NCBI RefSeq assembly: GCF_046292425.1
Contig: NZ_JBKBQV010000001.1
Coordinates: forward strand, 52,175 to 116,174
DNA from: Sphingorhabdus sp.
Lineage (GTDB): Bacteria; Pseudomonadota; Alphaproteobacteria; Sphingomonadales; Sphingomonadaceae
DNA length: 64,000 nucleotides
Direction: 5' to 3'
Shown: positions 43,699-53,502 of the stretch, in pieces
How the letters are laid out: the number at the start of each line of letters is the position of its first letter
How positions within the stretch are numbered: the stretch's first letter is position 1
The notes under the pieces: model-generated
Databases searched by the model: none
What the model saw: the letters and a program-made list of their open reading frames with translations, nothing else
Told to the model about the DNA's origin: nothing
Translations under genes and position numbers: made by a program

Positions 43699-46038
43699 AT
43701 GCGCGAAAAAGAACTCAGACTGGCGCTTATTTGCTATGGCGGGGTTAGCCTTGCCATCTATATGCACGGCGTCACCCGTGAAATTTGGCATATGGTTCGT
43801 GCCAGCCGCGCATATCACGACGGTCTGCCTCCATTGAGACGCAGCGAGATCGTCTATCACGATCTGCTTTCAGAAATGTCCCGTGTGAGCGGTGTGAAAC
43901 TGCGGGTATTGACTGACATCATCGCCGGATCAAGCGCGGGCGGAATCAACGGAATTTTCCTGTCGCAGGCAATCGTTACGGGGCAATCGCTTGAGCCATT
44001 GACCGATATGTGGCTTGAAATGGCGGACGTTGATGTCCTGCTCGATCCGGATGCCAGGCCGCTGTCCCGCTTTACCAAATTCTGGGCGGCGCCGATTGCG
44101 TGGATGATATTGCGGCGACGCGGCGGGGCAGTTGAACGGACGGTGGCAAAGGAAGCGCAAGAGGAAGTCGCGGCAAAGCTGTCGCGCTTTGTGCGGGCCC
44201 GATGGTTCGCCCCGCCCTTCGGCGGCAACGTGTTCTCCAAATTACTACTGGATGCGCTCAACGCGATGGCGGCCAGCACCAAGGGGCCGCTGCTTTTGCC
44301 TTCAAACCAGCCTTTGGATTTGTTTGTCACGGTTACGGATTTCAACGGACATGATCAGGTCCTGCGTCTGAACAGCCCGGAAATAGTGACTGAGTCAGAA
44401 CACCGAATCACAGTAGATTTTTCGACGCGGGGCCGGACAGGACTTGCGGACATTCCAGAACTCATATTTGCAGCGCGGGCAACAGCGAGCTTTCCCGGTG
44501 CGTTTCCGCCCTTTTCCGTGCGCGAACTTGACCGTTTGCTTGCACGCGAAAACGTATCGTGGTCTGGCCGCAGTGCCTTTTTAAAACGCATATTGCCGCA
44601 GCAATTCGCCGCCAACGCAGCAGAGGACACGATGTTGATCGACGGCTCTGTTTTGGCCAATGCGCCCTTTAACCAGGCGATTGCAGCATTGCGTAACCGC
44701 CCGGCAAGGCGCGAAGTAGACCGGCGCTTCGTATATATCGATCCGAAGCCCGGCCGCCCCAGTTTCCGCTTCGGCCGTCGCAATGCTGATGGCAGCGCCG
44801 ATACTCCGCGAAAGCCCCCTGGGTTTTTCGCCACGATATTGGGTGCGACTTCAAACATACCACGCGAGCAGCCTATCCGTGACAGTCTGGAAAAAATCAC
44901 CGGCCGTTCCGAACGGATTGAACGAATGCAGCGGGTCATCGATAGCTTGCGTAATGAAGTTGAAAGCACCGTTGAGACATTGCTTGGCAAGACTTGGTTT
45001 TTAACCCAGCCAACAGCCGCTCGCATGCAAAAATGGCGGCAATCCGCACAGGAGAAAGCAATTATCGCAGCGGGTTTCAGTTACCGTGCGTATAGCCATC
45101 TGAAAATTGCAGGCGTCGTTGATGACATAATCGCAACCGCGCGTCGCAGCATGCCCGATGCATCAAGCGAATTTTTCCGCCATCTCCGCAATGCGCTGTG
45201 GGCCGAAATCAGGGTTCGCGGCCTGGATAATCTGCCACATGACAGCGGGAAGCAGACAACGCGAAAGGCCATCGCCTTTTTCCGGGCTCATGACCTGCGG
45301 TTCCGTATAAGACGCCTTCGCTTTCTTGCCAGACATCTGACCGAGGAGGTGGAGCATGTCATTGATGTGCCCGGCGAAGACATCGCCAAAATGCGCGATG
45401 CAATTTACCGCTGCCTTGCTTTATTCCTTGATCTGGAAACCGCTGAATTTCTGGGCATCGACTTTGCCTTGGCCGCACAAACAGGAGTTACCAATCCAGC
45501 CGGTTTAATGGACCATTTGGCCCTGCAACGTGATCTTGTCCGCACGGACGCACGGGTTGATAAAATCCTGTGCGAGGCTTTGCTCACGCTTCCCGTCGAG
45601 GCGCGCCGGATCATGCTGCTCGGATATCTGGGGTATGCACTTTATGATATCGCGACCCTTCCTTTGTTGCAGGACGAGGGCTTCGACGAATTCGACCCGG
45701 TCAAGGTAGACCGCATTTCACCGGAGGATTGCACCTCTATCCGTAAAGGTGGCGCAACAGCGACCCTAAAGGGTATAGAGTTCAACAATTTCGGGGCGTT
45801 TTTTAGCCGATCCTATAGGGAGAATGACTATTTATGGGGACGCTTGCACGGGGCGGAGCGGCTCATCGACATTTTGGTATCATCATTGCCGTCTGGGCAT
45901 GCGTTCGACTCAAGCAGGGTGCAGACATATAAGCGGCTCGTTTTCCATGCCATTCTGGATGAGGAGCAGGACAGGCTTTCACACATCCAACCCCTCATAA
46001 ACTCCTTACGAACCGAGGTGGATCAGATCGACATCTGA
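43699..46038 (+). CDS. Patatin-like phospholipase family protein, large form with an extended C-terminal domain (DUF3376-like)
   Basis: 779 aa with the oxyanion region ICYGGVSLAIYMHG, the nucleophile elbow GSSAG (IIAGSSAGGING), and the catalytic Asp motif IDGSVLANAP. The C-terminal half ends in YRENDYLWGRLHG. Confidence 0.85.
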   Translation: MREKELRLALICYGGVSLAIYMHGVTREIWHMVRASRAYHDGLPPLRRSEIVYHDLLSEMSRVSGVKLRVLTDIIAGSSAGGINGIFLSQAIVTGQSLEPLTDMWLEMADVDVLLDPDARPLSRFTKFWAAPIAWMILRRRGGAVERTVAKEAQEEVAAKLSRFVRARWFAPPFGGNVFSKLLLDALNAMAASTKGPLLLPSNQPLDLFVTVTDFNGHDQVLRLNSPEIVTESEHRITVDFSTRGRTGLADIPELIFAARATASFPGAFPPFSVRELDRLLARENVSWSGRSAFLKRILPQQFAANAAEDTMLIDGSVLANAPFNQAIAALRNRPARREVDRRFVYIDPKPGRPSFRFGRRNADGSADTPRKPPGFFATILGATSNIPREQPIRDSLEKITGRSERIERMQRVIDSLRNEVESTVETLLGKTWFLTQPTAARMQKWRQSAQEKAIIAAGFSYRAYSHLKIAGVVDDIIATARRSMPDASSEFFRHLRNALWAEIRVRGLDNLPHDSGKQTTRKAIAFFRAHDLRFRIRRLRFLARHLTEEVEHVIDVPGEDIAKMRDAIYRCLALFLDLETAEFLGIDFALAAQTGVTNPAGLMDHLALQRDLVRTDARVDKILCEALLTLPVEARRIMLLGYLGYALYDIATLPLLQDEGFDEFDPVKVDRISPEDCTSIRKGGATATLKGIEFNNFGAFFSRSYRENDYLWGRLHGAERLIDILVSSLPSGHAFDSSRVQTYKRLVFHAILDEEQDRLSHIQPLINSLRTEVDQIDI

Positions 46039-46042
46039 CCGG

Positions 46043-46909
46043 TTACTTCACCATATTATAAACGGTTTCAACAAAGCGGTCGGCGGTGATGAAACCGTCT
46101 GCTTTCACGCCATAGCCGTCGGCTGGCCGCTCAGCTTTTACCTGCTCAAGCGTTTTGCCTGCCTTGATACTGGCTTCAACCTTGGCAACAATCTGTGCAA
46201 TCATATCCCGATATTGCTGCAAGTCCGCTTTCGTTGCGACTTCGCCATGACCGGGGATAATCGTCGTCTGGTCATCGGCAATCGCAAGCGCTTTATCGGC
46301 TGCGGAGATGACGCCGCGCACATGGCCGCCGCTGCTCGCGTCCACAAATGGGAAGCTCATCCGCAAGAAGAAAAGGTCCCCCATGTGGATAACATTTGAT
46401 TTGGTCCAATGGACAATCGAGTCGCCATCGGTGTGTCCTGCTGGCATGTGAATGACACGTACCTCTTCGCCATTCAGATGCAGTTTTAGACCATCAGCAT
46501 AAGTGACCACCGGCAACGCGGCCTTCGCACTTGGTTTCTGGTTCCCTTGACCAGCCGCCATACGGACGCGGACATTGTCGTGCGCCATAATTACGGCGCC
46601 CGCTTTACCCAAGTTTTCGTTCCCGCCCGTATGGTCATAATGCCAATGGGTGTTGACCAGAAACTTCACCGGTTGTGCGCCAAGCGCCGCAACAGCCGCC
46701 TGAATTTTGCCCGTCAGTGGCGCAAATTGGTCGTCAATCAGGACTGTACCGTCTTCACCATAAGACACGCCAATATTTCCACCAGCGCCGAACAAGACCG
46801 CAACGCCTGGTGCGATCTGCTCAGCCTTGATTTCCACTTTGGATAGATCCTGCTGGGCCAAAACGGGAGCGGAAATAATGAGAGCAGCTGAAGCCAATAA
46901 ATAACGCAT
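46043..46909 (-). CDS. MBL-fold metallo-hydrolase, secreted
   Basis: Track ORF trimmed to the ATG at 46909 (GGAG upstream). It has the signal MRYLLASAALIISAPVLAQ and the HxHxDH motif HWHYDHTGG. Confidence 0.85.
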   Translation of the reverse strand: MRYLLASAALIISAPVLAQQDLSKVEIKAEQIAPGVAVLFGAGGNIGVSYGEDGTVLIDDQFAPLTGKIQAAVAALGAQPVKFLVNTHWHYDHTGGNENLGKAGAVIMAHDNVRVRMAAGQGNQKPSAKAALPVVTYADGLKLHLNGEEVRVIHMPAGHTDGDSIVHWTKSNVIHMGDLFFLRMSFPFVDASSGGHVRGVISAADKALAIADDQTTIIPGHGEVATKADLQQYRDMIAQIVAKVEASIKAGKTLEQVKAERPADGYGVKADGFITADRFVETVYNMVK

Positions 46910-46968
46910 GAGGAAACTCCTTCTGACAGCGTTATTAAATGTAAATTCTTGCTTGGCAAGCGACCCGT

Positions 46969-48093
46969 TCAGGGGGTTATGCCGTCCCAGATCCCCTTCA
47001 GCTTGTCGAAAAAGCCAGTTGATTGCGGGCATTCCTCCCCGGTTTCGGTTTCGCGGAACTCACGCAGGATTTCCTTTTGCCGCGCAGACAGCCTCGAAGG
47101 GGTTTCCACGTCAATCTGGATAACCATATCGCCGCGTCCTCGCCCTTGAAGCACGGGCATGCCAGCGCCGCGTTGGCGAAGCTGTTTGCCCGATTGTATG
47201 CCCTCTGGAACAATGATGATATGTTCCGCGCCATCAAGGCCCGGAATGCGGATTTCGCCGCCCAGCGCCGCTGTGGTGAAACTTACGGGCACACGGCAGA
47301 ACAATGTGGTGCCGTCACGTTCGAACACCTTATGCCGCGAAAGATGGATGAAGATATAAAGGTCTCCAGCCGCTGCGCCATATGGCCCGGCTTCACCTTT
47401 GCCCGCGACACGAATGCGCGTGCCTTCGTCGACGCCGGGTGGAATATTTACCGCGATAGTTTTGCGTTCATCGACCCGGCCTTCGCCTCCGCAAACACGG
47501 CATGGGTCTTCAATCACCTCACCGCGACCATGACAGGTGGGGCAAGTGCGTTCGACCACAAAGAAGCCCTGCTGCGCGCGTACTTTTCCGTGGCCAGCGC
47601 ACAGGTTGCAACGGCGTTTGCCGGAGCCGGGCGTAGCGCCCGTACCTTCGCACGTGCCACACGCCGTAGCGACGTCAATCGTGATTTCGGCGTCCTTGCC
47701 GTGGAAAGCCTCATCAAGCGAAATTTCGAGGTCATAGCGCAGGTCGGCACCACGCGCGGGACCTCTTTGGCGTCCGCCAAAGGCATCGCCAAAAAAGCTT
47801 TCGAATATGTCGGAAAAGTCGCCAAAGCCTGCGCCGCCCTGTCCGCCGCCACCCATGCCGCCATTTTCAAATGCAGCCTTCCCAAAACGGTCATAGGCCG
47901 CACGCTTTTGCGGATCTTTCAGAACGTCGTAGGCCTGACTAATCGCCTTGAACTTGGCTTCGGATTTATCGCAGCCGGGGTTGCGGTCGGGATGGCATTC
48001 CATCGCGATCCGTCGATAAGCGGATTTCAGCGTTTTGTCATCCGCTGTCCGCTCGACTTCTAACAATTCATAATAATCAATGTCGAGATTCAT
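46969..48093 (-). CDS. dnaJ: Molecular chaperone DnaJ
   Basis: 374 aa with a J domain carrying HPD, a G/F-rich region, and four CxxCxGxG repeats (CGTCEGTG, CNLCAGHG, CPTCHGRG, CRVCGGEG). Confidence 0.95.
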   Translation of the reverse strand: MNLDIDYYELLEVERTADDKTLKSAYRRIAMECHPDRNPGCDKSEAKFKAISQAYDVLKDPQKRAAYDRFGKAAFENGGMGGGGQGGAGFGDFSDIFESFFGDAFGGRQRGPARGADLRYDLEISLDEAFHGKDAEITIDVATACGTCEGTGATPGSGKRRCNLCAGHGKVRAQQGFFVVERTCPTCHGRGEVIEDPCRVCGGEGRVDERKTIAVNIPPGVDEGTRIRVAGKGEAGPYGAAAGDLYIFIHLSRHKVFERDGTTLFCRVPVSFTTAALGGEIRIPGLDGAEHIIIVPEGIQSGKQLRQRGAGMPVLQGRGRGDMVIQIDVETPSRLSARQKEILREFRETETGEECPQSTGFFDKLKGIWDGITP

Positions 48094-48115
48094 GACTGAC
48101 TAATCCTCGGTCTTC

Positions 48116-48149
48116 CCGACCGTCGCTGCGTTTCGGTGGCGACGGTCGG
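48116..48149 (-). other. Perfect 11-bp-stem hairpin in the dnaK-dnaJ intercistronic spacer
   Basis: CCGACCGTCGC (48116-48126), a 12-nt loop, then GCGACGGTCGG (48139-48149). No U-run follows, so it is more likely a processing, stability or attenuation structure than a full terminator. Confidence 0.5.
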
Positions 48150-48161
48150 AAATATTCAACA

Positions 48162-50069
48162 TCAGTCTTTCTTGTCGTCTTCGACTTCGGAAAATTCGGC
48201 ATCAACGACATTGTCATCTGCTGGTGCCTCTTCCGATGCGGCACCTGCCGAAGCTCCGGCGGCTTGCTCTTCCTTATAGATTGCTTCGCCAAGCTTCATG
48301 GCGACCTGGGCCAAGGCAGTTGCCTTTTCCTTCATCGCTTCTGAATCGCCACCTTCGATGGCAGTCTTCGTTTCAGCCACAGCCGCCTCGATTTCGACCT
48401 TCAAGGCTGCATCAATTTTGCTGCCATGCTCTTCAAGCTGCTTCTCTGTGGTATGGACAAGACTTTCCGCATTGTTTTTTGCCTCAGCCGCTTCACGCCG
48501 CTTCTTGTCTTCCTCGGCAAACGCCTCGGCATCGCGGACCATCTGGTCAATATCTGCATCGGACAAACCGCCCGATGCCTGAATCTTGATCTGCTGTTCC
48601 TTGCCCGTGCCCTTGTCCTTCGCGGTCACGCTGACAAGGCCATTGGCATCGATGTCGAACGTCACTTCAACCTGCGGCACACCGCGCGGCGCTGGCGGGA
48701 TGCCCACAAGATCAAAATTGCCGAGCAACTTATTGTCTGCAGCCATTTCACGTTCGCCTTGGAACACGCGAATGGTAACGGCGTTCTGGTTGTCTTCGGC
48801 GGTCGAATAGACCTGACTCTTCTTCGTCGGGATCGTCGTGTTACGGTCGATCATGCGTGTGAACACACCACCGAGCGTCTCGATACCGAGCGAGAGCGGT
48901 GTCACGTCGAGCAACAGCACATCCTTAACGTCGCCTTGCAATACGCCAGCCTGAATAGCTGCACCCATCGCAACAACTTCGTCCGGGTTCACGCCGGTAT
49001 GCGGTTCCTTGCCAAAGAAGGTTTTAACAACTTCGCGCACCTTTGGCATACGGGTCATACCGCCGACCATCACGACTTCGTCAATCGCGTCGGCTTTAAT
49101 ACCCGCATCGGCAATCGCCTTTTTGCATGGCTCAAGCGTGCGCTTGATAAGGTCTTCGACCAGCTTCTCAAGGTCTGCACGCGTAATTGTTTTCACCAAA
49201 TGCTTGGGACCATTTTGGTCAGCCGTGATGAACGGCAGGTTGACTTCGGTCGTCTGCGCCGAGGACAATTCAATCTTTGCCTTTTCGGCTGATTCTTTCA
49301 GACGCTGAAGTGCAAGCTTGTCCTTGGTGAGGTCAATGCCTTCGGCCTTCTGGAAGTCCGCCGCGAGATACTCCACCAGCTTGCTATCGAAATCTTCGCC
49401 GCCAAGGAATGTGTCGCCATTGGTCGATTTCACTTCGAAAACGCCGTCGCCGACCTCAAGAATCGAGATATCGAACGTACCGCCACCAAGGTCATAGACC
49501 GCGATGGTTTTGTTTTCGTCCTTGTCCAGGCCATAAGCCAAAGCCGCAGCAGTCGGCTCGTTAATGATACGCAGCACTTCCAGACCGGCAATCTGGCCGG
49601 CGTCTTTCGTTGCCTGACGTTGCGCGTCGTTGAAATACGCAGGCACGGTGATAACCGCCTGGGTTACCGTCTCGCCAAGATAGGCCTCAGCCGTTTCCTT
49701 CATCTTCTGAAGAATAAATGCCGAAATCTGCGACGGCGAATAATCTTCGCCACCGGCCTTAACCCAAGCATCGCCATTCTTGCCCTTGACGATGTCATAA
49801 GGAACAAGTTCGGTATCCTTCTTGGTGATCGGATCATCGAAGCGGCGGCCAATAAGGCGCTTCACCGCGAAGATCGTGCTTTCTGGATTGGTGACAGCCT
49901 GACGCTTTGCAGGTTGTCCGATCAGCCGCTCGCCGTCTTTGGCAAATGCCACGATCGAGGGCGTTGTACGCGCGCCTTCCGCATTTTCGATGACCTTGGG
50001 CTTGCCGCCGTCCATTACCGCAACGCAGCTGTTTGTCGTGCCCAAGTCGATACCAATAACTTTAGCCAT
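48162..50069 (-). CDS. dnaK: Molecular chaperone DnaK (Hsp70)
   Basis: 635 aa with unmistakable Hsp70 sequence ([27 protein letters not shown]). Confidence 0.98.
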   Translation of the reverse strand: MAKVIGIDLGTTNSCVAVMDGGKPKVIENAEGARTTPSIVAFAKDGERLIGQPAKRQAVTNPESTIFAVKRLIGRRFDDPITKKDTELVPYDIVKGKNGDAWVKAGGEDYSPSQISAFILQKMKETAEAYLGETVTQAVITVPAYFNDAQRQATKDAGQIAGLEVLRIINEPTAAALAYGLDKDENKTIAVYDLGGGTFDISILEVGDGVFEVKSTNGDTFLGGEDFDSKLVEYLAADFQKAEGIDLTKDKLALQRLKESAEKAKIELSSAQTTEVNLPFITADQNGPKHLVKTITRADLEKLVEDLIKRTLEPCKKAIADAGIKADAIDEVVMVGGMTRMPKVREVVKTFFGKEPHTGVNPDEVVAMGAAIQAGVLQGDVKDVLLLDVTPLSLGIETLGGVFTRMIDRNTTIPTKKSQVYSTAEDNQNAVTIRVFQGEREMAADNKLLGNFDLVGIPPAPRGVPQVEVTFDIDANGLVSVTAKDKGTGKEQQIKIQASGGLSDADIDQMVRDAEAFAEEDKKRREAAEAKNNAESLVHTTEKQLEEHGSKIDAALKVEIEAAVAETKTAIEGGDSEAMKEKATALAQVAMKLGEAIYKEEQAAGASAGAASEEAPADDNVVDAEFSEVEDDKKD

Positions 50070-50170
50070 AAAAACTTACCCCGAAATTTTAAAATTGAAC
50101 TTCACCCTGTCTCATTACGTACCAGCCCTATCAGGCACTGGTGTCTCCGCAACGTGACGTTGTAGCGGCG

Positions 50171-50198
50171 ATATAGGTGCCAATTCTCTTGGCACAAG
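50171..50198 (-). promoter_or_regulatory. Sigma-32 (RpoH)-type promoter upstream of dnaK
   Basis: The minus strand reads CTTG-tgccaagagaattggca-CCTATAT, which matches the alphaproteobacterial heat-shock consensus CTTG-N17-CYTAT-N-T exactly. It lies about 100 nt upstream of the dnaK ATG. Confidence 0.6.
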
Positions 50199-50291
50199 AC
50201 TTCGGCACATCTAGATAGGCAAAAAGTAAGTAGAAATTCTGTATAGGACAGTCCCGATGCTGGACAAACCTGACAACAAGATGAGGGCAAT

Positions 50292-50765
50292 ATGAACCGA
50301 CGGATATTCACATTATGCGCCACCGCGACAGCCTTGTTGCTGGGTTCATGCGGTCCAACCCCGCAGTTAAAAGTAAAGGAGGCCGTGCTTACATTGTCGC
50401 CAGTCGACAGCAATCCGTCGGCCTTTCATTTCAACGTATATGGCGGGCCAGAAGATGTATATTTGCTTCGTGTAAGTTCGCCGTCTGCAGTCCGCACGGA
50501 AATGCATGACGTAACGGTTGACGAAAAGACTGGCGCGGTGACCATGGCACCGATGGGTCGCGTGCTCATCCCATCCGGCGAAACAGTTGCCTTCAAAAAA
50601 GGCGGTAAGCATGTCATGATGTGGGGCGTAAACCTCATTCCACGCAGATTGGGCGAAATTGAAACCGAGTTTCTGTTTTCAAACAATGTCCGCATTCTCG
50701 TGAAAGCGCGTGTTCAGGAAGTCGACGGCAGCGATCCCGACGAGAAAAAGGCAATTGATGGGTAA
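50292..50765 (+). CDS. Copper chaperone PCu(A)C (DUF461)
   Basis: 157 aa with a lipoprotein signal (LLLGSC). The H...M...HxM pattern (EMHD, TMAPM, GGKHVMMWG) is typical of PCuAC. Confidence 0.75.
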   Translation: MNRRIFTLCATATALLLGSCGPTPQLKVKEAVLTLSPVDSNPSAFHFNVYGGPEDVYLLRVSSPSAVRTEMHDVTVDEKTGAVTMAPMGRVLIPSGETVAFKKGGKHVMMWGVNLIPRRLGEIETEFLFSNNVRILVKARVQEVDGSDPDEKKAIDG

Positions 50766-50888
50766 CAGATGCTTCGCAATATTTCCGTTACGATGTTCCA
50801 CCACTTTCCGTTATCCCCGACATTGGGCATGCAGAGTACAAATTGTTTCAGGATGACCAACGACGACATAAGCAAGTGGGGCACATGA

Positions 50889-51353
50889 ATGTTCGGCCCA
50901 CATAAATCCGGCAGGCCTTTAACAGTGCGCGAACGGGCATTGGCAGAGTCGGTCTTTGGATCGGCGCTCGATTACCACAGTATCCGGATACATAACCGTA
51001 AATATTGGTGGCTTCAGCCGCGCCGCGTCACAATGGCACCCAATGGCCATTTGTGGTTTCACCCCAAAGGCAATCTGTTCTGCGATGACTTCTGCGATCG
51101 TGACCTGAAATTACAAGGCCTGTTCATCCATGAACTCGTGCATGTGTGGCAGCACCAAAAGGGCATTTTCCTGCCACTGCGTCGGCACCCGTTTTGCCGA
51201 TATGACTACAGCCTGAAACCCGGATGGAAACTCGACCAATACGGGCTTGAGCAGCAAGCCGAGATCGTTCGCCATATCTTCCTTTTGCGTAACGGGGCGA
51301 AAGTCGCAGGCGCGCCGCCGCTTTCGCAATATGACGGCGTTTTACCTTTCTAA
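50889..51353 (+). CDS. Hypothetical HExxH zinc-metalloprotease-like protein (annotated in relatives as vgr-related, from memory)
   Basis: 154 aa with no signal peptide and the motif FIHELVHVWQHQ. Its 3' end overlaps the convergent MATE gene by 12 nt. Confidence 0.6.
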   Translation: MFGPHKSGRPLTVRERALAESVFGSALDYHSIRIHNRKYWWLQPRRVTMAPNGHLWFHPKGNLFCDDFCDRDLKLQGLFIHELVHVWQHQKGIFLPLRRHPFCRYDYSLKPGWKLDQYGLEQQAEIVRHIFLLRNGAKVAGAPPLSQYDGVLPF

Positions 51354-52739
51354 TGGCAGCAGGCCAAGACGAGCCCGCATTGACCAGCGCACCAGCATCA
51401 GGACGGCAACAATGCCAAGCCCGGTCGCCAGGCCAACCCAAATGCCTACACCGTTCCACCCCTGCCAAAAGGCTAGCCACGCCCCAACGCCAATGCCTAC
51501 CACCCAATAACCAAAGGCGGCGAACAGCATGGGCATAGTCGTGTCGTGCAATCCGCGCAGCATTCCAGCGCCGACGACTTGCGCTCCATCGACAATCTGG
51601 AATAGCGCGGCAATCGCAAGGAAGCTGATAGCAAGCTGAACAACTTCAGCGTTAATTGAAGCGTCCCTGTCAATGAACATTGAAATCAGCCATTCCGGCG
51701 AAGTCCACATCACCACGGCCATGGTCGCCATGAACCCGGTGCCCATGACAAAGCTGGTCCAACCCGCACGCCGGATCATCTGCAAATCACGCCTGCCGTA
51801 ACCTATCCCAACGCGAACGGTAGCTGCCTGCGCGAGGCCAAGTGGGACCATGAAGGTAACGCTCGCAACTTGGAGCGCAATTGCATGCGCCGCGACCGAG
51901 GCGGTATCAATCAGGCCCATCAGCATGACCGCAACGCCAAAGACTCCGCCTTCAAGGCCCATCGTTACGCCAATTGGCAGGCCAAGTTTCCATAACGCTC
52001 GAAAACGAGGCCAGTCGCTGCGCCACCAGCGCCCAAATAGATGATAGCGCCGGAACTTGGGATGATAAGTGATTACCGCCACCATGCCCAAAAACATGAA
52101 ACTATTGGCGAGAATGCTGCCAATGCCTGCGCCCACCAGCCCCAATGCCGGCACGCCAAGCTTGCCGAAAATGAGGACATAGTTAAACGCGGCGTTGGCG
52201 AAGACACCCAGTATTCCAATGACCAGAGACCACATGGGTTGCTCGAGAGCAGACAGAAAATTCCGCGCGATAATTAACCACAGAAAAGGCAGAATCGACC
52301 ACATATAGGCCCGAACGTAGCTTTCTGCCTTGGACGCAAGCTCGGCTTGCTGGCCAAGTGCGAGCAGGACAGCTTCGGTTTGCCACAGGACCAGCCAGAT
52401 CGGGATCATGATCGCGACCGCCACCCAAAGCCCCTGCCGGAATGTGCGGCGGATATCGCGCACCGAATGCGCCTTAGCACCGCGCTCGCTCGCCATCATC
52501 GGCGCAGTCGCGGTCACCAAACCCATGCAGAAAATCGCCGCGGTCATACACAGGTTAAACCCAAGCGATGCCGCGGCCAACTCCGTTGGCCCAAGCCAAC
52601 CCACCATCACCACATCCGTCGCGCCAATCAATGACATCGACAGGTTGGTCAGAATCAGCGGCCACGCAAGCGATAAGGTTGCACGAAGCTCGTCGCGCCA
52701 AGGGGACTGACGGTCCATCGGGATTGCCGCTGTGGTCAT
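51342..52739 (-). CDS. MATE family efflux transporter
   Basis: 465 aa with 12 predicted TM segments and a NorM-like N-terminus (LSLAWPLILTNLSMSLIGATDVVMVG). Confidence 0.9.
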   Translation of the reverse strand: MTTAAIPMDRQSPWRDELRATLSLAWPLILTNLSMSLIGATDVVMVGWLGPTELAAASLGFNLCMTAAIFCMGLVTATAPMMASERGAKAHSVRDIRRTFRQGLWVAVAIMIPIWLVLWQTEAVLLALGQQAELASKAESYVRAYMWSILPFLWLIIARNFLSALEQPMWSLVIGILGVFANAAFNYVLIFGKLGVPALGLVGAGIGSILANSFMFLGMVAVITYHPKFRRYHLFGRWWRSDWPRFRALWKLGLPIGVTMGLEGGVFGVAVMLMGLIDTASVAAHAIALQVASVTFMVPLGLAQAATVRVGIGYGRRDLQMIRRAGWTSFVMGTGFMATMAVVMWTSPEWLISMFIDRDASINAEVVQLAISFLAIAALFQIVDGAQVVGAGMLRGLHDTTMPMLFAAFGYWVVGIGVGAWLAFWQGWNGVGIWVGLATGLGIVAVLMLVRWSMRARLGLLPLER

Positions 52740-52837
52740 GGGTGGCGCTGGATAGCGGAGACGCGCCGTCGAAACTACCCCCGAACTTTATCATTCCACC
52801 TGCGCGGGAATGACGGCTATGTTAGAGTGCGCGCAGG

Positions 52838-53413
52838 TTACTCCGCTGCCTTCGCCACCCCAACCAAAGCAGGCCGCAAAAGCCGGTCCTTGATCATGTA
52901 CCCGGCCTGCATTTCGGCGATGATTGTGCCAGGTTCGGCATCGGTGCTTGGAATTTCGACCATCGCCTGATGCTGGTTTGGATCAAGCGGCATGCCCATG
53001 GCGGCGATGCGGGTAATGCCGTTTTTCGCAAACACGCTTTCCAACTCCCTGCCAGTGGCTTCCAAACCAATGACCAGCGGCTTCATCGCTTCGCTCTCAC
53101 GCATTTCGGCCGGGATTGCTTCCAGCGCGCGTGACAGATTGTCGGACACCGACAACACATCGCGGGCAAAGCCTGTTGCGGCATAAGCTCGTGCGTCCTG
53201 CGCTTCTTTCTCCATACGGCGGCGCACATTTTGCGTTTCGGCCTGCGCGTACAAAACTTCCTGCTTGGCAGCGGCAAGTTCTTCTTCAAGCGCCGCAAGC
53301 TTGGCGTCGGCAGCGTCGGTCGCCTCTGGCGTATCATCCATCATATGCTCTGGCACGCCTTCAAGTTCCTGTTCTACTGCGGTATCGGAAGCCGATGATT
53401 TCTTGTCTGTCAT
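52838..53413 (-). CDS. grpE: Nucleotide exchange factor GrpE
   Basis: 191 aa with an acidic N-terminus, a coiled coil, and the GrpE core (RRRMEKEAQDARAYA, GYMIKDRLLRPALVGV). Confidence 0.95.
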   Translation of the reverse strand: MTDKKSSASDTAVEQELEGVPEHMMDDTPEATDAADAKLAALEEELAAAKQEVLYAQAETQNVRRRMEKEAQDARAYAATGFARDVLSVSDNLSRALEAIPAEMRESEAMKPLVIGLEATGRELESVFAKNGITRIAAMGMPLDPNQHQAMVEIPSTDAEPGTIIAEMQAGYMIKDRLLRPALVGVAKAAE

Positions 53414-53467
53414 AAACCTGATTAACCCATTTACGTTGCGACACTGAGGTCGTTTGTTGCTGACCGC

Positions 53468-53495
53468 ATATAGAAAGCAATTCTATTTCATCAAG
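53468..53495 (-). promoter_or_regulatory. Sigma-32 (RpoH)-type promoter upstream of grpE
   Basis: The minus strand reads CTTG-atgaaatagaattgctt-TCTATAT, with a 17-nt spacer and one mismatch in the -10 element. It shares AGAATTG in the spacer with the dnaK promoter. Confidence 0.5.
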
Positions 53496-53502
53496 CGGCC
53501 AG

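Noticed and set aside
47023-49292. Long plus-strand ORFs antisense to dnaJ (47023..48063, 346 aa) and dnaK (48426..49292, 288 aa).
   Set aside because: They lie fully inside unmistakable chaperone genes on the other strand. Their composition is Arg/Ala-rich and low-information, typical of antisense shadow frames, and they have no start context or motifs.
50189-50210. A sigma-54-like TGGCAC-N5-TTCGG reading toward the PCuAC gene.
   Set aside because: The -12 element lacks the conserved TTGC (it reads TTCG). The TGGCA is fully explained as one arm of the palindrome in the dnaK sigma-32 promoter spacer.
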